Part shown: piece by piece, positions 58,433 to 64,000 of the stretch | Layout: every line of letters starts with the position of its first letter | How positions within the stretch are numbered: the first letter of the stretch is position 1 | Assembly (NCBI GenBank): GCA_001821435.1 | Contig: MHLP01000007.1 | Span: 1,620 to 65,619, forward strand | Length of the DNA stretch: 64,000 nucleotides | Source: Candidatus Lloydbacteria bacterium RIFCSPLOWO2_01_FULL_50_20 | GTDB taxonomy: Bacteria; Patescibacteriota; Minisyncoccia; Phycocordibacterales; UBA6899 | Direction: 5' to 3' | Translations under genes and position numbers: made by a program | Notes under the pieces: generated by a model | The model's database searches: none | Told to the model about the DNA's origin: nothing | Seen by the model: the letters and a program-made list of their open reading frames with translations, nothing else

Positions 58433-58521
58433 TTTTATTACTACGCTATGAATGGTATCCAAGTTTTTCGTCTTGCGCAAAGAAAAACACCGCAGCGGAG
58501 TTCCGTGCGGCGTCGGGTGTG

Positions 58522-58911
58522 CTAAAGTTCGAGCTCGTACTCCCAGTGCTCAATGGGGTTGCTCAAGCCGGACAAGCGAAAACATTGTGGAGTTTTGACG
58601 TCTGCGAAAGCCCTCAGAAAGACACCCTGTGCTGTTTCGGAATCTTCCTTGACTGAGTTCGCCATTGATTCGCTGCGGTAGGGTCGTCCTCCGATTATCA
58701 CTTTTCTCCAACGGCCCTTTTCATATACCTCTGCCATGGGGAAATAATAGTTGAAACGACCGATCAACTCGCTGACCCTTACTTGAACCACCTCGAAATC
58801 AGCGTAGTAATTCACGCCGAGTTTTTCGGCGATCTTCTGCAGTGTGTCTTCTGCTTCTGCTACAGGCACTGTCTCGGCAGTATTTCGCAGGCTTTTTCTT
58901 GCTGAGGCCAT
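58522..58911 (-). CDS. Hypothetical protein
   Basis: 129-aa ORF, no motif. Confidence 0.35.
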   Translation of the reverse strand: MASARKSLRNTAETVPVAEAEDTLQKIAEKLGVNYYADFEVVQVRVSELIGRFNYYFPMAEVYEKGRWRKVIIGGRPYRSESMANSVKEDSETAQGVFLRAFADVKTPQCFRLSGLSNPIEHWEYELEL

Positions 58912-59016
58912 ACTTGCTCCTTGGTTGGATTCTCTGAAACAAAACTACGAAATTTTTAGTTTGGTGTCAAGTATACGTATATCGTATATAGACTCAACAA
59001 AGCAGTAGTGCAATTT

Positions 59017-59512
59017 CTACTTTACTATCGATTGTCCCTTTGCAGATGCGTATTTAATGACCCCAACAATAAGCGAAATGACTCCAAATGATTGAAAAAA
59101 CCCAAACAGAAAAGTGGTTGTTATCATTGTGATTGATCTCGTGTCATAAGAAGCAGTGGGCATATTAGAACCGCCTACAAGTGAGTAAACAATAGATTGA
59201 ACAACGATCGGAATTAAAGATAAATGCAACGCCGCGCCACATTATACGTTTTGCGAGTTTTGTGTGCCGAGTAGCAATGTCCGAAGCCTGAGTGGCCCCG
59301 ATACTATTATTATCACTGTATATTAAACCAGTTGCGGTCAAAGCTCCTCCGACAGGAACAGTAAACATCATTAAAAATAAATAAAATAACCCCAAGCCTG
59401 CACCTGCACCTGCTGCAGCATCGTTATTAAACAGAGATGCAGTTAAGCCAAATAATATCGGAAGAACAGCAAATATCAGACCAACTATCCAAACCCAAAT
59501 TTTTCTATTCAT
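59017..59512 (-). CDS. Hypothetical membrane protein, possibly split by a frameshift (ORFs 59165..59512 and 59017..59229 overlap)
   Basis: Two overlapping hydrophobic ORFs in different frames. Confidence 0.25.
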
Positions 59513-59575
59513 AAATTATACAACAAAGAACTTATGTTAATTTCTAGACATCGTTATTATAACGTTTTGTGATTG

Positions 59576-59648
59576 TGCCCCCGGGAGGATTCGAACCTCC
59601 GACCGTCTCGTTAAGAGCGAGCTGCTCTACCAACTGAGCTACGAAGGC
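59576..59648 (-). tRNA. tRNA-Lys (anticodon CTT)
   Basis: Reverse-complement fold: acceptor GCCTTCG/CGGGGGC with two G-U pairs, anticodon loop cuCUUaa, T-loop GGTTCGAATCC. Confidence 0.75.
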
Positions 59649-59661
59649 ATTGTTAAGCTAA

Positions 59662-59693
59662 CGACCTGCCAAAACAGCTACGAAGGCAGGCAC
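59662..59693 (-). repeat. Diverged partial copy of the tRNA-Lys 5' region (nt 1-12 then GTTTTGGCAG) about 35 nt upstream of the gene, embedded in a cctgcc...ggcagg hairpin
   Basis: Minus-strand cctgccttcgtagctgttttggcagg versus the gene gccttcgtagctcagttggtag; the same derived GTTTTGGCAG occurs upstream of tRNA-Phe. Confidence 0.6.
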
Positions 59694-59743
59694 ATTAATT
59701 GTGTTTGTATTCTAGCAAATAAAGCTTGAAATGCAATCAAATT

Positions 59744-60139
59744 TTAGACCGTTCCGTCGTATGTCGACGTCTTTTCGGTTTCCCACGGAAAGATCACCCA
59801 ACATTTCTTCTCGCGAACAAAAAAGTGCGGCGCATGTTTTGCCGCTTTATTGTAGAAAATGCTGGCGACGTGATGATGTTCTCCGATCGATGCGAGCAGA
59901 CGCTCGATGGTGTTACCTTCATCGATGATGTCGTCAAGAATGAGCGTATCCCTCGTGATATCGTCGCGATTTAAGACAAGCGGAATGTCGAGAAGATGTG
60001 AAAGTTTTACGCCTGCGACTAGGCCGCCACGGGGAATGCCATAGATGTTTTTGACATGCCGACTTTTTGCCCATGCGGCGATCTTTTTACAGTCCTTTTC
60101 AAATTCTTCCCACGTATATTTTTCCTTTTTCATGTTCAT
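59744..60139 (-). CDS. Type I phosphoribosyltransferase domain protein (purine PRTase-like)
   Basis: PRPP-binding motif LILDDIIDEGNT. Confidence 0.7.
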   Translation of the reverse strand: MNMKKEKYTWEEFEKDCKKIAAWAKSRHVKNIYGIPRGGLVAGVKLSHLLDIPLVLNRDDITRDTLILDDIIDEGNTIERLLASIGEHHHVASIFYNKAAKHAPHFFVREKKCWVIFPWETEKTSTYDGTV

Positions 60140-60145
60140 GATCTA

Positions 60146-60727
60146 TTAAGCGATCTTGAGCAAGGACTCTAGTACCACGGGAAGTTCCGTTATGCCGTCG
60201 TTGCCACCCTTGAAGTGTCCCATGCGTTCTTTTAAGACGATCTCTGAACCGAGTTTGTCACGAAAATCGTCCTGATTATCGAGGGGCACGTAAGGATCGT
60301 TGTCGGAGAATATCGCGATACTTTTGGGAAGATGCGCTCTTACGCTATTGAGGTCGAGCGGCGTGTCGAGCCAATGCTGCTCAGTTTCTCGTACGTCCGG
60401 TTCATTCTCAAGTCCGGTAAGGTGTTTGAAAAATCCGGCGACAAATACAGCACCGCCAACCTTCGCCGCCTCAGGAAGCGTTGCAAGATATCGTGCAATA
60501 GCCTGGCATCCCATGCTATGCCCGACGAGATATGTTTGTTCATCGGGAGTTCCGATCACTTCTTGAAGTTTCGGTATCCATTTTTCTATGCGCGGGTTAT
60601 CGGCGTCGGGAAGCGCTGGAATGTGTACCTCAAAACCTCTTGCCTCAAGTGCTTGTGTAAGCCAAGGGAACCATCCCTCCTTGGGGCTTCCTTCCCATCC
60701 GTGGGCAATAATTACTCTTTTTTTCAT
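60146..60727 (-). CDS. Alpha/beta hydrolase, YdeN/RBBP9-like serine hydrolase
   Basis: GHSMG nucleophile elbow; about 190 aa; the Asp/His catalytic triad partners were not individually identified. Confidence 0.6.
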   Translation of the reverse strand: MKKRVIIAHGWEGSPKEGWFPWLTQALEARGFEVHIPALPDADNPRIEKWIPKLQEVIGTPDEQTYLVGHSMGCQAIARYLATLPEAAKVGGAVFVAGFFKHLTGLENEPDVRETEQHWLDTPLDLNSVRAHLPKSIAIFSDNDPYVPLDNQDDFRDKLGSEIVLKERMGHFKGGNDGITELPVVLESLLKIA

Positions 60728-61003
60728 ATGGAAGAATTTTGTTTGTTAAGTTCCCCGTGGAAGTTCTTATTCATAGTGCAGTATTCTTGAATTAGTCCGA
60801 ACCGCTTTCGCCGCCTGCGGCGGCGAGGAAGTCCCCCCGCGAAAAATCCGAAAGGCGGCGGAGCCGCACCGCTGACAATTTCAAGTTTTTCTTTGGCGGC
60901 ATTCAATTCAGAATTCGCAAAGCGAATACAAATAGATTATATGAAAAATAATGAGATAAATCAACAAAATGAAAAGCCACTTTTTCAAGGGAAAGTGGCA
61001 AAC

Positions 61004-61426
61004 CTAACGGAACATGTTGTCGATTGTGAACGCGAGCCAGAGAGAGCCGACGAGCCAACCAAGTGTCAAGAGCTTCTTGACGACTGTCGGCAGAGGAATA
61101 CTCACTTTGCTGAATCTCTCCACGATGACGACAACCGCGTTCATCATGAAAAAGATTGTGGAGCCGTACTCGAAGTTTCTCTTGCCGAAGTATACGAGCC
61201 AGATAAATCCGTCATGCCACAGACCCGTGACAAGAAAGATTACCAGTATCGTCGGCAAGACAGCGATCCGAGTTCCCGTCTTGCGGCGAATCCACCGCAG
61301 AAGCAGGAAGTACATGTAGTGAATCGCCGGATTCCACTTGCTCCAGAAATCAGCGACTGTGTTGGCCTCCCAGAATCTTCCGGGAAACCACATCGTGTTG
61401 GGTTTACCCGAAAGTCTACTCATCAT
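61004..61426 (-). pseudogene. C-terminal fragment of an MBOAT-family (AlgI/DltB-like) membrane O-acyltransferase
   Basis: DFWSKWNPAIHYMYF and VTGLWHDGFIWLV match the conserved MBOAT C-terminal region with its His; about 340 N-terminal residues are absent. Confidence 0.5.
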
Positions 61427-61706
61427 CTTTTCTCCTTTAAGGTACAGTTCTCTACGGCACTATTAGCCAGAGATTGTCAGTTTCTTGCGATTCTGGAAAT
61501 ATTACCAATATAGCATATATGAGCTTGAAAGTCAAGCTCAATAGAAAAAGCCCCTATTCTAGGCTTTTTCTAGGTTTCAGTATTGGATTAAAAAATTTTC
61601 TTCCCCCAAAATGCGAAACCGCCAATTCGTTTCTTCCCCCAAAATTGAATACAAATTAGTCGCCGAGCGAAGCGAGGCGAACCTTTCAAACTTGCAATTT
61701 CCTACG

Positions 61707-61793
61707 TGGTGCCCGGGGTCGGAATCGAACCGACACGTCCTTTCGGACAATTGATTTTAAGTCAATCCTGTCTACCAGTTTCAGCACCCGGGC
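61707..61793 (-). tRNA. tRNA-Leu (anticodon TAA), long variable arm, CCA encoded
   Basis: Reverse-complement fold: acceptor GCCCGGG/CCCGGGC, anticodon arm ATTGA-cuUAAaa-TCAAT, variable arm GTCCGAAAGGACGT, T-loop GGTTCGATTCC. Confidence 0.8.
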
Positions 61794-61804
61794 TTGAATT
61801 GTCA

Positions 61805-62281
61805 CTAGCCCCTCTTTTTATTTCTACCACGATGTGTGGGTTGCAGGCTATGGCAATTTGGGCAAAGTATTCTTAAGTTAGTAATCCTATTATCATAACG
61901 GTCGCCGTTGATGTGGTCGAGCTCAAGTGGGAGCCGTCCATCAGGGGAAATTGTCGCCCAACTGCACTGCTCACATTTTGGCTCCTTTCTTCCTTCAGCG
62001 AACAGCCTCTTTTTTAGTTTATAACTTTGGAAGTTGTTATTTTTCGTAAGTATTTGCGTAAGGGAGTAAACCGGTTCGCGGGGGATCTTCCTGCCCTTGT
62101 TTGCTCCTACACTTAAAAAGTGATCAGTATTTATGTGACACTCCTTGATATGTCTCTTTATTTGTTCATAATTTCCCCCTGCTTCCACAAGCCCAAGTCG
62201 ATGTAAAACCTGACGCCTATTGGTTGAAAGATGTACGGCATCACGCAAACTCGCCTCATCCCATTTTTTGTGCCGTGACAT
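61805..62281 (-). CDS. Free-standing HNH homing-endonuclease-like protein
   Basis: HNH motif LELDHINGDRYDNRITNLRILCPNCH plus an upstream CxxC (CEQC); AT-rich; wedged between tRNA-Leu(TAA) and tRNA-Cys. Confidence 0.75.
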   Translation of the reverse strand: MSRHKKWDEASLRDAVHLSTNRRQVLHRLGLVEAGGNYEQIKRHIKECHINTDHFLSVGANKGRKIPREPVYSLTQILTKNNNFQSYKLKKRLFAEGRKEPKCEQCSWATISPDGRLPLELDHINGDRYDNRITNLRILCPNCHSLQPTHRGRNKKRG

Positions 62282-62381
62282 ATTGGTGGGATATCACATA
62301 CTCAGTCATAGATGTCTCTACCATTGCACTTTTGAAACTTTTCTTATACCAAAAAACGTGTTATATTCTTTCTGTTTCAAT

Positions 62382-62453
62382 GGCGTGGTGGCGAAGTGGC
62401 AACGCAGCAGTCTGCAAAACTGTTATGCGCGGGTTCGATTCCCGCCCACGCCT
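62382..62453 (+). tRNA. tRNA-Cys (anticodon GCA), discriminator U
   Basis: Acceptor GGCGTGG/CCACGCC, anticodon loop cuGCAaa, T-loop GGTTCGATTCC. Confidence 0.75.
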
Positions 62454-62470
62454 CAGTATTGTTGCTTTTA

Positions 62471-62797
62471 TTATTCCGTTTCCAGCAGCTCCTCGATGCG
62501 CTGGCGATTTTGTTCACCGAGGTCCGGCAAGAAGGTGACCTGCGGAAGCACACGCATCCGTGAATGCTTCTTCAAATATTCCTTGAATTCAGGTCGAAGA
62601 CGATTGGCAAACAGAACGGCGGTATGCTCGCTGTTCTTTGGAAGTACGGAGAGAAGGATATTCGCGCGCTTAAGATCCGGAGAAAGGATTACATTTGTCA
62701 CCGTAATCAGCGAAGTACGATTCGAATGACGGTTCAGGAATTCTCCGGCAAGATCTTTCAAATGGAAAAGTAGTTTTTCCTCTTTATGTATCGTCAT
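62471..62797 (-). CDS. rbfA: Ribosome-binding factor A
   Basis: ITVTNVILSPDLKRANILLSV matches the RbfA KH-like signature; immediately downstream of infB. Confidence 0.75.
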   Translation of the reverse strand: MTIHKEEKLLFHLKDLAGEFLNRHSNRTSLITVTNVILSPDLKRANILLSVLPKNSEHTAVLFANRLRPEFKEYLKKHSRMRVLPQVTFLPDLGEQNRQRIEELLETE

Positions 62798-62798
62798 A

Positions 62799-64000
62799 TC
62801 ATTGCCTGCTTACCACGGTATACGGAATGAGGACGTCTCTTTCAGCAATGGTGATCTTCGACTCGACCTGCAGTCCGCATTCGTTGCCTTCGTCGACTTC
62901 CGGGACCTTGATCTTTTGCGCCTGAAGTTCAATTATCCTTCCTTCACCGACCTCCGTATCTCGGCGCATGATCTTGAATTTTGCTCCGCTCGCGATCTTT
63001 CCTCTTGTGACGCGTCCGCCGATCACCTGCCGTTCTTTTTGCTGGCTGAAAAATCGTATCACGCGCAACTGGCCTAATTCTTCGACGACCTCGATATGGG
63101 GCGCGCGATGGAGCATTTCTTCCGCAAGCCACTCGGTAAGTTTGTAGATAATATCAAAATCGTAGATCGCTATATTGTTCCGTGAAGCAAGATCTGCGGC
63201 GAGCGCGTCGGTCTTCGTATGGAAACCGATGACGAGCGGATCCGTCGCACCGAGCGCCACCTTGATATCCGACTCCGATATTGCGCCGACCCCGCACTGA
63301 ATGAGCTTTATGTGTACGCGCTCGTGGGTAAGTTTTTTGAGTTCGTGTTCGACCGCTTCGAGCGTTCCCGCGACATCTGTTTTAAGAATAATAGGTATGA
63401 TGACCGTGCCTTCGGGAAGCGTTTCCTCTTTCGGTTTGATCGGATGAGTTTTCGCTTTTACCAGCGCCTGTTCGGCATCTTTTTTCTTCGCGTAGGAGGT
63501 AACGATCGCTCCGACTTCAGGCATTTTGCTCCAGCCGGTAAGAAGGATGGGGGATGAAAACGTCGCCGTTTCGATAGCGTTGCCCGTAAAATTTTGCATC
63601 ATCCGCCCGGGAACAAGTGCGTCTTCGGCAACTGCGAACATACTGCGTGTCAGCGCCCCATCGGTCAGTACCACTGTCGCGGTGATGCCCCTTTTCGGGT
63701 CCATGTGCGATTCAATGACGACGCCTTCTCCGGGCTTTTTCGGATCACCGGTAAGCTCGGCAAGTTCCGCAACGAGAAGCATCATGTCGAGCAGTTCGCT
63801 CACTCCCGTTCCTTCTTTTGCGGAGATCGCGACGGAGGGTATATCGCCGCCGTAGCCCTCGACGTAGATCCCCGCTTCGGCGAGGGTTTGTTTGGTGCGG
63901 TCGATGTTCGCGTTCGGTTTATCGATCTTATTGATCGCAACGATATAGGGGATCTCCGTTTCCATGATCGACTTATATGCTTCGATCGTTTGCGCCTTAA
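62799..64000 (-). CDS. infB: Translation initiation factor IF-2, C-terminal portion; the gene continues beyond the window end
   Basis: G-domain NKxD motif AINKIDKP and IF-2 C-terminal domains; the ORF is open at the window edge. Confidence 0.85.
   Translation of the reverse strand, partial: KAQTIEAYKSIMETEIPYIVAINKIDKPNANIDRTKQTLAEAGIYVEGYGGDIPSVAISAKEGTGVSELLDMMLLVAELAELTGDPKKPGEGVVIESHMDPKRGITATVVLTDGALTRSMFAVAEDALVPGRMMQNFTGNAIETATFSSPILLTGWSKMPEVGAIVTSYAKKKDAEQALVKAKTHPIKPKEETLPEGTVIIPIILKTDVAGTLEAVEHELKKLTHERVHIKLIQCGVGAISESDIKVALGATDPLVIGFHTKTDALAADLASRNNIAIYDFDIIYKLTEWLAEEMLHRAPHIEVVEELGQLRVIRFFSQQKERQVIGGRVTRGKIASGAKFKIMRRDTEVGEGRIIELQAQKIKVPEVDEGNECGLQVESKITIAERDVLIPYTVVSRQ

Overview
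This 64 kb window looks like a small, reduced bacterial genome of the Patescibacteria/CPR type, but that lineage call is an inference, not a sequence-level demonstration. The supporting observations are short housekeeping proteins (ValRS of 734 aa), many small membrane proteins, a free-standing homing endonuclease beside three tRNA loci, and a T4SS-pilin-like paralog array. The backbone genes identified from motifs are valS, tsaD, hisS, lepB, ftsA, ftsZ, ybeY, rpsU, trxB, ctpA, speH-speE, pth, clpP, rpsA, gyrA, tadA, rbfA and the 3' part of infB. Eleven tRNA genes were found by hand-folding: Arg-CCT, Phe-GAA, Ser-CGA, Glu-TTC, Val-CAC, Val-GAC, Leu-TAG, Lys-CTT, Leu-TAA and Cys-GCA, plus flanking structures. 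Interleaved with the backbone is a striking amount of accessory and mobile material. (1) An intact large serine recombinase lies next to tRNA-Glu, followed by a secreted RHS/YD-repeat polymorphic toxin with an unrecognised Gly-rich C-terminal domain and an AT-rich membrane immunity-like ORF. (2) Four free-standing homing-endonuclease-like genes (two LAGLIDADG, one HNH, one frameshifted GIY-YIG) sit in low-GC pockets; three of the four abut tRNA genes. (3) A HUH Y1 transposase (RAYT/IS200-like) is flanked by inverted GGGGACAG REP-like palindromes, with a truncated second copy and further dispersed REP copies. (4) A tandem array of nine small paralogous two-helix proteins, seven with signal peptides ending A-x-A|Q, looks like a VirB2/TrbC-like (T4SS pilin-like) repertoire. 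(5) Several ORF-free GC-rich regions and palindromic elements are candidate structured RNAs. (6) Divergent ~23-nt copies of the tRNA 5' region, sharing the derived sequence GTTTTGGCAG, lie upstream of tRNA-Phe and tRNA-Lys. No CRISPR array and no rRNA were seen. All calls are from manual motif reading; no database search was run.
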